Positions 33,980 through 44,408 of a stretch of 64,000 nucleotides of DNA are shown piece after piece. Location of the stretch: contig OX337235.1 of assembly GCA_946965045.2 (NCBI GenBank), positions 744,001 through 808,000 of the forward strand, given 5' to 3'. The stretch comes from Epithemia pelagica (taxonomy: Eukaryota; Protista; Bacillariophyta). The notes beneath the pieces were generated by a model that worked only from the letters and a program-made list of their open reading frames with translations, had not been told where the DNA came from and searched no databases. The number at the start of each line of letters is the position of its first letter. Position 1 is the first letter of the stretch. Both the position numbers and the translations under genes were made by a program.

Positions 33980-34265
33980 GGGTGATGTTATGACACTCTC
34001 AAGATTGGCTCCGTGGTGGATGTGTGGTGTGTTTTGGTGGTTTGTGTCAAAGTCGAGAAATCGCCAATTTTGGACCCTCGCGCCGTGGGGGTGAATAAGA
34101 CTATGCACCTCGAATTCACGACACATGTGCGACCCGACTATTCACCCCTACTTGGGGGTATTGAATCTCGCATATCGGCTTTTGGCCCTCCTCTTGTGCA
34201 TATCACCGTCGTCCTATACTTCTATTGCGTCGCTTCCGTGAAACCTTACCACGACCATTATCATC

Positions 34266-35228
34266 ATGCTGTCCACAACAACAAGAAGAATAGCATTCTG
34301 GGTACCCATTTTGTCCTGCATGTCATCTTTTGTGGCAACCGCACTGGTGGTACCGAATCCACAACACTCCAGGACAACCGCTGTACAGTATGGCCCGTTC
34401 TGCCATGTCTCGGCACACCCTCCAAAGTTCCAACCCACGACGACAACACGGACACCGACTTGGTTGGCAGCCTCGTCCGACGACGATACCGAGGAGAATG
34501 ACACGTCGTGGCTCAACAATGTTGGCTTTGTCTTATTGGCGGGAGGCAAGGGTTCTCGTATGAAGGCCTCGATTCCCAAACAATTTTTGGAATTGTGTGG
34601 GGCTCCCATTTTGCATCATTCCTTGGATTTGTTCTTGAATCAATTGCCGGCCCCCTTTGTGGCCTTGGTCGTCGATCCTTTGTACCAACCCGATTATCAA
34701 GCCTTGGTGGAACGCTATGAGGGACGTTTGGCCTTGGCCAATCCCGGCGTCGAACGACAAGGATCCGTCGAAAATGGATTGGCGACACTCGTGAAAATGT
34801 CGGACGGTGCCTGTACCTATGCGGCCATTCACGATTCGGCCCGGCCCTTGGTGACCGTGACCGAAATTCAAAATGTCGTGCAAGATGCCAAACAAGTGGG
34901 AGCCGCCGTCTTGGCCGTGCCCTGCAAGGCCACGATTAAAGAAAGTGACGATGGCGGAGAGACTGTCCTTCGAACCGTGCCACGCTCGCGCTTGTTTGAA
35001 GTCCATACACCCCAAGTCATTCGCATTGATACCTTGCAACGAGGCTTTGAACAAGTCGCCCAACAAGATTTGCAAGTCACGGACGATGTGTCCATTGTCG
35101 AGGCCTTGGGAGAACCGGTCAAACTCACCATGGGAGAATATACCAATTTGAAAATTACGACACCCGAAGACCTGAATGTCGCCACGGCCATTTTGCAAGA
35201 ACGCAACCAACCACCGCCCGATATTTAA
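34266..35228 (+). CDS. ispD: 2-C-methyl-D-erythritol 4-phosphate cytidylyltransferase, plastid-targeted (MEP pathway)
   Basis: LLAGGKGSRMKASIPKQF, IHDSARPL, NLKITTPEDL; N-terminal signal plus transit-like peptide. Confidence 0.95.
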   Translation: MLSTTTRRIAFWVPILSCMSSFVATALVVPNPQHSRTTAVQYGPFCHVSAHPPKFQPTTTTRTPTWLAASSDDDTEENDTSWLNNVGFVLLAGGKGSRMKASIPKQFLELCGAPILHHSLDLFLNQLPAPFVALVVDPLYQPDYQALVERYEGRLALANPGVERQGSVENGLATLVKMSDGACTYAAIHDSARPLVTVTEIQNVVQDAKQVGAAVLAVPCKATIKESDDGGETVLRTVPRSRLFEVHTPQVIRIDTLQRGFEQVAQQDLQVTDDVSIVEALGEPVKLTMGEYTNLKITTPEDLNVATAILQERNQPPPDI

Positions 35229-35497
35229 CACACCCTCGCACACACACATGGTTCTGCAAGGAAAACTCTCGGATCACCCTCATCCTGCACGCACCACAAG
35301 GTGTGAATGGCCCACCTGTTGAATTTGAACCCACTGAAACGAACTTGTGGGAATTCACTACCTAGGTAGATTGTATGAACCTTGTTGGTCCATGTACAAT
35401 AGAACAACACCGATTAGGATTGCTCTATTAGGATTTCGATGCGAGACGAATTTCTCGCGGATCGAGTTCTGCGCAGTGACTCTCAACTATACTACTA

Positions 35498-37180
35498 TTA
35501 TGATAAGGATGGTACTCCTATAGCCGCATTGTTTGTGGTTGTCTTGTTCCACAGTGCCGTGACATTGAGACCAAAGACTCGTACCATGTGATCGTCTCCT
35601 CCCGTCACAATCATGGCGTACTGCTCGTCTGTCGTAGAAGTATAAAAGTGTACCGCACAATCGTTCAAGACGGTATTGGAATCATCCCCACGACGCGGCG
35701 GCGACGACGACGATTGGATCCGTTGCAGCAATTGACCATTGCGGGCATCCCAAACCTGAACGGTTCCCGCCGTGGTACTGGTAAAACACAAGGGATAGAC
35801 GGGATGCCATTGCAACCGGGTAATGCCGGCATCGTCGTCATCATTGTCATCGTCATTGGAACGAGTGTTACGACAGACTTGTCGACACGTGGCTCCACCA
35901 GAGGACGACAAGTCCCAAATTTTTAACACACGATCGACGCCTCCCGTGGCACACCAGTGGGGATGAGAAGGTGAAAATCCGACGGCTTCGACACTGGTCG
36001 ATGGGACTTCTTCTTGTTCGTCATCATCACCTTCCTCTGCTCTGCTACCACTTGCCATACCGGATTGTTCCTCGGCATGATGCAAGGTGGCGACAATTTT
36101 TTGCGTCGCCACATGACACAAGTGGGCTCGTCCATCTTCGGCCCCCACCACAAGCAATTGTCCATCCTTGCCGCCCCCGACGGCCATGCACGTCAAGCCA
36201 GCGGCGGCGGGTGCATTGGAATTGGCAGTATTGGTGGTATCAAACACGTGTTTGCACTGTCCCGTACGGGGGGCCCACACCCGGACGGTTCCATCGCTAC
36301 TGGCACTGACGGCCCATTTGCCATCGGCCGTAAATTGACAGGCCGTGACGGCCGATTCATGACCGACAAAGACTTGAAGACATTGTTGGAGGGGAATATG
36401 GTACATCCACAGGGTTCCATCGGCCGACGATCCCGCCAACAAGACGGTTCCACCCTTGGGATGAAAGGCCACACATTCGACATCGGTCGGACCTTCCAAG
36501 GTTTGCAATTGATGACCGGTATCGGCGTCGTACAAGACAACGGCACCATCGTATCCACCCACGGCGACCAAGCGAGGATTCTTTTTGGAATTCGCCGCAG
36601 TCGCATCCCGAACGGACAAATTCAAGGCTACGGCCGACACACTGTCCGTATGGGCAAAGTCCAATGCATGAGACGACGACGACTCGACGACGACCGCCGT
36701 CGTTGTGGTGGTGGTGGTTGCGACCGTCTCCGTAGTAGTCTCACCAACAGAGAGTTGATGCAAAAAGGCCTTGTCATCTCCTCCTCCCGTCACGATCGAA
36801 ATTTTCCGAGTCCTTGTTGTCGATTCGTCGTTGGGATGCACAAAGGCACTGACGGCATAGACGGGTCCACCGTGCGACGCAAAACTGGCCCACAAGTGTG
36901 GATCATCCTCTGCTTGTTCTTGTTGCTGTGGAGGATTGTCGTCGTCTTGCTTCATTTCGTCTCGAGTGTCATCCTTGGTGGTTGCAACTTCGTCATCATC
37001 ATCGTCGTCGTCTTCCATGGGAACGGCGTCGTCGTCAACTGCGACTTCGACGGCGTCTTCGGCCGAGACAAATTCTGGATCCTCCATGAGGATCGTCCCA
37101 TCATTGTTGTCGTCGGGCGATGAATCTTGCATCGTTTCGTCCGGAGTATTATTCGTGTCTTGTTGCATGGTCGAATCCAT
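35498..37180 (-). CDS. AAMP: WD40 protein, AAMP/SQT1-like (uL16 chaperone family)
   Basis: Acidic N-terminus; HTDSVSAV, GGYDG, LEGPTDVECVAFHPKGGTVLLAGSSADGTLWMY, QVFVGH, SSDGTVRVW. Confidence 0.8.
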   Translation of the reverse strand: MDSTMQQDTNNTPDETMQDSSPDDNNDGTILMEDPEFVSAEDAVEVAVDDDAVPMEDDDDDDDEVATTKDDTRDEMKQDDDNPPQQQEQAEDDPHLWASFASHGGPVYAVSAFVHPNDESTTRTRKISIVTGGGDDKAFLHQLSVGETTTETVATTTTTTTAVVVESSSSHALDFAHTDSVSAVALNLSVRDATAANSKKNPRLVAVGGYDGAVVLYDADTGHQLQTLEGPTDVECVAFHPKGGTVLLAGSSADGTLWMYHIPLQQCLQVFVGHESAVTACQFTADGKWAVSASSDGTVRVWAPRTGQCKHVFDTTNTANSNAPAAAGLTCMAVGGGKDGQLLVVGAEDGRAHLCHVATQKIVATLHHAEEQSGMASGSRAEEGDDDEQEEVPSTSVEAVGFSPSHPHWCATGGVDRVLKIWDLSSSGGATCRQVCRNTRSNDDDNDDDDAGITRLQWHPVYPLCFTSTTAGTVQVWDARNGQLLQRIQSSSSPPRRGDDSNTVLNDCAVHFYTSTTDEQYAMIVTGGDDHMVRVFGLNVTALWNKTTTNNAAIGVPSLS

Positions 37181-37988
37181 ACTGAGAGTGGCTGGTTGCT
37201 TAGCGTGTTGTTATTGTCTGGTTGCAGTGTCGGCGGCAATCACAGAGCAGCGATTTGTGAGATCACATTGTCGTCGTCGTCTGGACAACCAAGAAATCCC
37301 CAAGAGAGTTTCCAGGTCCCATCCGTCTGTCACTGGCCCGTCTGGACGCGTGGTGGGATGGATGCACGGACCGGCCAAAGCCAAACTACCTAGAGGTAGA
37401 GGTACCTCTATCCTCTATGGACAGAGGGAGAGAGAAGTCTACGAGTACCACATAATAGTTGCTCCAGTCAATGGACATATCGAGATCCATTGGAACAGGA
37501 AAGGGCATGGGTACATATAATATACTCGTATAGTCAAAACTCTCTCGCTGGATGATACCTTCTATTTTTAGGAGCCAGATCTGTCGACTTTTCGTCTGCT
37601 GTTTTTGACGTTGACACAAACTATTCCTGTGTGTGTATATTCCGAACCATTGCCTCTCTCTCTCTCGAATAGCTACCTCTAGCTCTAGACTAGTAGCAAG
37701 CCAGACAAAGAAGACCATGGCCTGCAACACATCCGAGATCCGAGTCGAACGTACCGCATTCTCTTTGCTTGTGTAAGGAATAAAGAGCCACAAATAGCCT
37801 GTTGGATCTCGCATTCGGAAGTACGAGATCGGTCGTGTCAAATCGTACCAATCGCTTCATTCCATGAAAACGCGTCAAATGAACTACGGAGCGAAAACAT
37901 TTTTCAAAGGTACATATATGATATATACTAAAATATGATACGACGCTGAATAGTTGTATTTCAACGCACTACCGAGAGCTCTTCACCC

Positions 37989-39176
37989 ATGCACACCAAG
38001 GCGACCATGGGTGATACTGAACCAGACACCACAACAAACCACAAAAACCGAGTGGTGCAGGGTGCAGCACAAAAGATGCGTCTCGTCCCGAAACAATCTG
38101 GTCGTCCGAATCGAATGGATACCCAGATGAACGACGACGACGACGGAAACGCCCAAAGGACGACAGAGAGCACACCATCCACCAATGTTGTGGCAGAGTG
38201 TCTGCGTCCCATGCTCGATTTCTTGGTGTTTTCGTGCCTCTTGGTGTTCCCCTTCTTGGCGCTTCTCTTGATGATCTTTCCCTGCGGAAGACACAAGGAA
38301 CACAACGACAACCAACAACAAGAACAACAAAATGATAATGATGAGGACGAAGCGGATGAGTGTACCGATCGTCTCCAAGCTCAACTGATTGGCTTGTTGT
38401 TTCTCACCTTGTTTGGGGCCCTGTTTTGGTTCCGATCCTATCAAAAATTGTCCAAACGAATCATCACTACTACTAGCCCAACAACAACAACAACAACAAC
38501 AACAAGTGACACTACAGTGGCACTCACCACCACCACCCAAGACAAGGACAACGAAACAGGAGCAACAACAACCTCCGTAGTTCCGTCCTTTCGCCATTGT
38601 CTGCTCCATACGGCTGCGGAACTTGGCATTTACCTTCCGGGCATGTGTGCCATGGTGTTTTTGGGCTTTTCGCTCCAGGACAAGCTCCATTCCGATTATG
38701 TCCCATCCATGCCTCAAGATTTTATGCTTGTGCTACCACAAGTGTGGATTGCTGGGGCTGTCCTGTTTCGGCTGTCGTCACAGGTTCCCGCGATTCAGGA
38801 ACGGTTCAAAACCAACCTGATTCTGTTGCCCATGCCGGACCTGATGTTGGTCACGGTACACACGACGGCGCTCATGGTGTTTCTGGAGGGCATGGTGCGA
38901 CTTTGGCACCATGCCTGGAACTCCCATCCCTGGACCGTTCTGTTGTGGATCCCCGTGGGTATGGGAGGCGCGGCGGTGGGGAGTCGTGAATGCAGTATTT
39001 GTGGGAGTGCATGTTGTGGCACCCGGTGGTGGTATGCCAGTGCTCCGGCGCAAGAAGAAGAAGAAGAAGAAGAAGATGCGGATGCCACAACCGGGACGAC
39101 GATCCAAACCACCACACCCACTACTACGGCGGCGTATGCTCCTCCGGTCACAGCTGCTCCAACTACGGCGGTGTAA
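37989..39176 (+). CDS. Multi-pass membrane protein of unknown family, copy 1
   Basis: About six hydrophobic segments, a Cys-rich juxtamembrane tail and poly-T linkers; paralogous to 50832-51971. Confidence 0.75.
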   Translation: MHTKATMGDTEPDTTTNHKNRVVQGAAQKMRLVPKQSGRPNRMDTQMNDDDDGNAQRTTESTPSTNVVAECLRPMLDFLVFSCLLVFPFLALLLMIFPCGRHKEHNDNQQQEQQNDNDEDEADECTDRLQAQLIGLLFLTLFGALFWFRSYQKLSKRIITTTSPTTTTTTTTSDTTVALTTTTQDKDNETGATTTSVVPSFRHCLLHTAAELGIYLPGMCAMVFLGFSLQDKLHSDYVPSMPQDFMLVLPQVWIAGAVLFRLSSQVPAIQERFKTNLILLPMPDLMLVTVHTTALMVFLEGMVRLWHHAWNSHPWTVLLWIPVGMGGAAVGSRECSICGSACCGTRWWYASAPAQEEEEEEEDADATTGTTIQTTTPTTTAAYAPPVTAAPTTAV

Positions 39177-39240
39177 AGAGTTGTATCAGTGGCATATCTC
39201 GTTGTTTATAGACAAACCCAGCATTCCAGGCAGATGTTTT

Positions 39241-39315
39241 CGTCGGGCGATGAATCTTGCATCGTTTCGTCTGGGGTATTATTCGTGTCGTGTTGCATGG
39301 TCGAATCCATACTGA
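39241..39315 (-). repeat. 75-bp direct copy of the AAMP-like gene 5' end (source 37111-37185)
   Basis: 72/75 identical by manual alignment; includes the ATG. Confidence 0.9.
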
Positions 39316-39514
39316 TTGTCTGCTCGTGACACTTGCACCGACCTGCAAAACTACCAGTACCCTAGGAATTAGAAGTATTAGCTTGTATATTGCGTACCTT
39401 CCCTCTATTCTCTAGGTAGTTCTCCTCTGTTACTGCCAAATGTACGTATTCATATGATGGCTAAGAGCACCAGTAAAGCTCACATTCAATAAGATTTACT
39501 ACTGGGCTATACCT

Positions 39515-40264
39515 CTACTGTGACTTTGCCATTTCCTGTTCCACCATCTTGGCATCGGCCTTCCAATTGGTGAAAAGCTGGTTGGCCATTTCATCGGGAA
39601 AGACATCTTCCTCACCCTTTTTCAAGGCAGTCATCACAGTGTCGGCCACAGAGCTGGGTGGCGTCTTGTCAAAGGGGAGTCCTTCCGTCATGGCGGTATC
39701 AATGGCGCCCGAATACACTCCCACCACCAAACTCTTGGGCAAGTCGCGACGCTGGGCCTGCGTCAAGGAATGAGCCGCCGCCTTGGACGCCGAATACGTG
39801 CCGCCAATGGGAAAATTGACTAGCGAGGCAATCGAATTGAGGTTCACCACGGCACTTTCCTTTGAGTTTTGGAGAAGCGGGGCAAAGCTACGCACAATGG
39901 CAAACGGAGCGAGGTAGTTGACCTGAATCTCCTGCTCGACAATCGAAATCTCGTTCTCCAAGGAACTTCCAGCTCCAGAAGAAAAGTAACCCGCATAGTT
40001 GACGACCAAGGTAACATCCGGATATTGCTCAGGAAGCTGCTTGATCGAGTCGAGATCCGTGACATCCAAAGTCACGGCGAAAACCTTGCCACTGTTCTCG
40101 GTCACAAGATCTTCAAGATCTTTGGTGTCTCTTGCTGTCGCATAAACGTTTTGGACACCTTGATCCAGGAGTGCATGAACGATAGCTCGGCCAATGCCAT
40201 TTTTCTTGTTGGTGCCTGTCACAAAGGCCACTTGAGTTTCCAAGTTGATCATTGTTGGAGACAT
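39515..40264 (-). CDS. Short-chain dehydrogenase/reductase, copy 1 (variant motifs NYAG and YSGAIDT)
   Basis: VTGTNKKNGIG, NLNS, YSASK; first ATG at 40264. Confidence 0.85.
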   Translation of the reverse strand: MSPTMINLETQVAFVTGTNKKNGIGRAIVHALLDQGVQNVYATARDTKDLEDLVTENSGKVFAVTLDVTDLDSIKQLPEQYPDVTLVVNYAGYFSSGAGSSLENEISIVEQEIQVNYLAPFAIVRSFAPLLQNSKESAVVNLNSIASLVNFPIGGTYSASKAAAHSLTQAQRRDLPKSLVVGVYSGAIDTAMTEGLPFDKTPPSSVADTVMTALKKGEEDVFPDEMANQLFTNWKADAKMVEQEMAKSQ

Positions 40265-40339
40265 GGTTCTCGTTCGTCTGATTTGTGTTTTGTTGTTGTT
40301 GCTTTGCAATGCTTGGTTTATTATGACCGAGTAGAAAGG

Positions 40340-40741
40340 GAGCACCAATGGCTTGAAAGCTCATTCTCACAGGTGATTAAACACTTTAACCGTAGTAGGA
40401 TCATCTTCGAACCTCAATGAAGTGACCTCAAAACGAGTTTTACTCTCCATGCATTCATCCTCCTCCGACAAGCCCCAATAAAGAAGGATGCTGTACTCTG
40501 TGAGCATTCCGAGGCGCCATTCTATCGACGCGTCCAAGCACCATTTGGATTTTGGATAGAGCACCCATGGCTTGAAAGCTCATTCTCACAGGTGATTACA
40601 GACTTTAACCGTTTGATCATCGTTGACCATCCATGAAGCGACATCAACACGAGTCTTACTCTCAATGTATTCCTCTGACAAACCCCAATAAAGAAGGATG
40701 CTGTACTCTGTGAGTATGCCAAGGCGCCATTCCATTTGGAT
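40340..40741 (+). repeat. Imperfect tandem duplication with a 219-bp period upstream of SDR copy 1
   Basis: ATGGCTTGAAAGCTCATTCTCACAGGTGATTA and CCCCAATAAAGAAGGATGCTGTACTCTGTGAG each occur twice; units start at 40340 and 40559. Confidence 0.9.
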
Positions 40742-41354
40742 ACTCAGGTTCACCAAAAAATCTGTCTTGTGTCCAAATCGCGTCCCATTCTATCCACGCG
40801 CGACATTTTGCGAGGACTATGTGCGACCGTGTCCAAAATTTGAAAGATAGTATGAGTAGCTTTTGCTCGAGCTATATCTCTACCTCTCTAGAGTTGACTA
40901 CTCCGACCTACCTAGGTAGTTAGGACGTACAACACAGCTCCGAGCAGTTCACCATGAAGGGAGCGGCTTCAAGTGACTCCTCGTTCCCCTTCACGAAAAG
41001 ACCAAAAATCGTCAACCGCACTATAGTGCTTCCGCGTATCTGCTTCAGAAGATTGTACGACTTCCATACCACCAAAAGTCACAATTACACAAACCGTTCG
41101 ACAATACGACGTTACTGGCATCACGATCACAGGCGATCCAGAATCTTTCAATGTAGGACTATGGAGTAGTAGGTATATTGCCTTTGTTCAGTGAAAAGCT
41201 AGAGAAAAAGTGGCGCCATTGCCTTCGTTTGTTCCTAGTACTCATGACCATCATGGGTTGTACTGGTGCTGTTATACTGCTCTAGTGCTCGATCGATTCG
41301 TATCATCCACGAATGATTCGAAAGTTCCTCACCCAGAGAGGGGAGGGCGGACCG

Positions 41355-44300
41355 CTACAGATCTGATTGCTCATCGTAAAAGGCACACGGCGTAGTAGTA
41401 CTTCCCCCTTGTCCCATCGTAGTCTTCCTACGGGCACGACGAATGGCGTTTCGGACCGTGGTACGGAGCCGTTGTGGGCCACACAGTATGGCCCCAGGAC
41501 AGTGCGCCGTCGACACGGATCGAACGACATCCTCCACGTCGGGTCGTCCCAGTGAGACGCAAACACGTTTACGAACCACTCGCCGGGTGAATTCCATCTC
41601 TTCTGTCGTCTCCGAGTCGTCCACCTCGTCCAATGGCTCGTCTTCGGGAATTGGTTCGTGTGAGGCAGAAGGCGACGACGACGGCCCTTCCATCAAATAA
41701 CCCTGTTTTCCCAACCAAATCAAGGCCACGGCAAAGGAGGCGCAATTCACGAGGATGAGGACCACCATGTGGAACCGGATCAGAATCGAATTCCCTCGAC
41801 GATGGCGGGACGACATTTCAAAGCTGTAATACCACCAAGAGGCCATAGCACACACGGCCAGGAGACCCGTGAGCCAAAGGAGGCGATACAAGTTTTGACT
41901 CCAATCCTTGGTCGGAGCCACGTAGGCCTTGTGCCAAAGAGACGGGCCTTCCTCGCCACCAGAGGAACGAGTGTAGTCCATCGCCCGGTCGCGAAACTGA
42001 GAATCATCCTCATCATAAAAGACCTCGGTGGCTCCTGCTGCTGCTTCTTGTGGACTGGAGAAACGTTCCGCGGGGAGAAACGATGCCAGCAAGTCATCAG
42101 TGGTGGAAGTATCCGAGGGCCGTGCGGATGTGATATGAATACAGAGGTCCAACGTTGTGGTTGTGATGGGTCTTTGGGTCCCGAGGCTGCTGCTTCTTGG
42201 TTCTCCTTCTTCTTCTTGTGATTCGGGCAGGTTCGCCTCGTCGTCATTGTCGTCGTCGTGGTGGACTTCCCAAGGAGGTTGCCGGTGGGTGGTGGTCTCG
42301 GCTCCCTTCCAAAACCACGGGAGGAACTGTCGACACACAAAGCGCGCCAAACCGGGTTCGCGGCAGTACCAATGCAACGTCACGTGCTTCAGACCCACGT
42401 CATTTGTGTTGTTGTTTGGACTAAGTGTGTCCACGAGATGCGACAGCCAGGGGAGAAAGGGAGCAATGCCCACGCCGCCGGCAACGCACAAGACAGAATC
42501 ATGGTGTTGCAACGACTGGGCGTACCAGCGATATTCGGACGGGTAGAATCCGTCCACCAAGATACAGGGCAGGCTTGTTGCGGGCGGCGGCGGCCTGTCC
42601 GTAGTGGTGGTGGTGGTGGTGGTGTTCCCGTACGGCTCTAGTTGTTGTTCTTCGGGGAGCAACTCATCTTGCAGGTCGTCCTGGTGGTGGTCCGCGCACG
42701 TCATAGTGGTGGTGGTGGTGGTAGGCGGCGGCTGTTCGGCTGGGACACTTGCAGCAGCACCATCTGCATGCAAAAGGCGCCGCACCAGGGCCTGGGTAAA
42801 GGGTCCCGTGGATCGAATCAACACCAGCCAGTCTCCCGTCTCGGCGTCCGGCCAGGTCGAAAAGGGATGCCAAATGGCCGACAGTTCGGGAAGGCAAATT
42901 TTGCACACGGCACCCACGTGTGGTTCTCCCACAGTCGTTGTACTACCACTACCATGAGTTGTTGGACCGGCTGGTTGAGGAGACGAGAGTCGTAGGAGGA
43001 AACACCCATTCGAGTTGGCAATTTCCGTCACGGAACGGAGGGGAACGAGACTGTTTCCTCTTTTGGTGGTTCGTTGGTTCTGTTGGCGTGCCTCGAGGAA
43101 TTGTTGCATCCAGACCGATACGGTCGGAGCGAGATAGTAAATAATATTGGGCACGAGAAAGAGTGACACATAGGTAATGTGGGCCATGGCACCGAGTAGC
43201 ATGATCCAGGCCGCGGGAATGTGCACCGTGTAAAAGACTCGATAGGCCCGGCGACGAACGGCCGGGAGACTGCACACGGCCAACACCCAAAAGGCCATCA
43301 TGGAGAGGAACCCGGTAAAATTAAAGTAAAAGTGATTGCATTCGTAATGTCCCGGACCGTGATAGGAGAAATGGTGGGACATTGTACCATTCGAACCAAG
43401 ACAATGGTGGAGCCGCCGAGTCGCATTGCCGGTAGTCGTCGAGTTTTGCATCCGACCACCAAAATCTGTGTCATGAAACCAGAGGGCCTCCCATGTAAAG
43501 CATCGTGGTGGGGGTATCACATTTTCAAACATTTTGACCCACCAAGACTTGTCAAGGTCGTCGTCATTATCGAACGAGTCGTTGCGCCCGTCCAAGAGAG
43601 GGAACCCGTAGCTGATCAAAAACAGGCCCCCGTGAAGGATGGTAAAGACGAGCGAGATCCAGCCCGCCACCTTATGAAAGACCAATGCCTGAGAAAAGGA
43701 CAACTGAAAAACGGACAGCAGGGGCGAATGCTTGGCGACGGGAATCAAAAACAAGGTGAGGGCCAAGACGGCCGTATCTCCCGTCACACTGGCCAACACG
43801 TACAACCGTTCTTGCCATTCGGCACTCCCGTGCCGTTCCGTGAGGTTGTCCCAGGTCGTTTGGGTCGTCAAGAGTTGGGGAACCAGTGTCACCACCAGGC
43901 AGGGGAGCAACACGGTCACCATGGTCCAACCATGCAGGTTGGGGTCCCCACGATAACTCTTGTTCCTCCAGAACGACAACCAGGACGTGGTGCGTCGCCG
44001 ATCCTCGTAGGAGTTGTTGTTGTCGGTGACGTGTGAAGAAGAAGCATCACTCGGCAGTCGTAACAGGTACGACAGACCCGAGACGGCCAAGAAGGGTACG
44101 GCAAAGCCTAGAACCAAGAGGCCTTCCAATTCTCGCCACGACGAGGCTTGGTGAGCCGAGTGCCGGAACCGAAAGACGGAGAGAAGCCCCTGACACGTTT
44201 GGTGGATCAGGAATGCTTCTTCGTCCAACCGGCGGGAGACAAAGAGGAGAATAAAGCACGAGGCGTTCACAGTAGCCAACGTCAAGGCCACCACAACCGT

Positions 44301-44408
44301 CACCAACACGACCATGGAAAGAAGGAATCGATAGTGTGGTCGTTGCCATTGTCCCGTCCTCCTGCAGTCATCCGCATCTTCAGTGTCTTGGTGGCGGTCA
44401 AGGTACAT
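41355..44408 (-). CDS. Ferric reductase / NADPH oxidase-like transmembrane flavocytochrome
   Basis: Heme histidines in FHKVAGW...HG and HIPAAW...AH; FAD motif WHPFS; NADPH motifs VAGGVGIAP and LCGP. Probable start MYLDRH at 44408. Confidence 0.88.
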   Translation of the reverse strand: MYLDRHQDTEDADDCRRTGQWQRPHYRFLLSMVVLVTVVVALTLATVNASCFILLFVSRRLDEEAFLIHQTCQGLLSVFRFRHSAHQASSWRELEGLLVLGFAVPFLAVSGLSYLLRLPSDASSSHVTDNNNSYEDRRRTTSWLSFWRNKSYRGDPNLHGWTMVTVLLPCLVVTLVPQLLTTQTTWDNLTERHGSAEWQERLYVLASVTGDTAVLALTLFLIPVAKHSPLLSVFQLSFSQALVFHKVAGWISLVFTILHGGLFLISYGFPLLDGRNDSFDNDDDLDKSWWVKMFENVIPPPRCFTWEALWFHDTDFGGRMQNSTTTGNATRRLHHCLGSNGTMSHHFSYHGPGHYECNHFYFNFTGFLSMMAFWVLAVCSLPAVRRRAYRVFYTVHIPAAWIMLLGAMAHITYVSLFLVPNIIYYLAPTVSVWMQQFLEARQQNQRTTKRGNSLVPLRSVTEIANSNGCFLLRLSSPQPAGPTTHGSGSTTTVGEPHVGAVCKICLPELSAIWHPFSTWPDAETGDWLVLIRSTGPFTQALVRRLLHADGAAASVPAEQPPPTTTTTTMTCADHHQDDLQDELLPEEQQLEPYGNTTTTTTTTDRPPPPATSLPCILVDGFYPSEYRWYAQSLQHHDSVLCVAGGVGIAPFLPWLSHLVDTLSPNNNTNDVGLKHVTLHWYCREPGLARFVCRQFLPWFWKGAETTTHRQPPWEVHHDDDNDDEANLPESQEEEGEPRSSSLGTQRPITTTTLDLCIHITSARPSDTSTTDDLLASFLPAERFSSPQEAAAGATEVFYDEDDSQFRDRAMDYTRSSGGEEGPSLWHKAYVAPTKDWSQNLYRLLWLTGLLAVCAMASWWYYSFEMSSRHRRGNSILIRFHMVVLILVNCASFAVALIWLGKQGYLMEGPSSSPSASHEPIPEDEPLDEVDDSETTEEMEFTRRVVRKRVCVSLGRPDVEDVVRSVSTAHCPGAILCGPQRLRTTVRNAIRRARRKTTMGQGGSTTTPCAFYDEQSDL

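Larger units (their letters stand above)
26347..34160. mobile_element. Complete AcademH-like DNA transposon (transposase plus RecQ-like helicase), 7,814 bp
   Basis: Perfect 10-bp TSD TTGAATCTCG at 26337-26346 and 34161-34170. Terminal IRs TACCCCCCAGCGGGGGTGA / TACCCCCAAGTAGGGGTGA (16/19). Subterminal inverted blocks of 16 and 20 bp. Two convergent ORFs. Confidence 0.9.

Noticed and set aside
32216-34126. Host RecQ DNA-repair gene
   Set aside because: It lies inside TIRs and a 10-bp TSD next to a transposase, so it is element cargo.
36014-37123. Long antisense ORFs (e.g. 36014-37123, 55890-57557, 60077-61195, 59043-59954, 599-1453)
   Set aside because: They are shadows of real genes on the opposite strand, with no motifs of their own.
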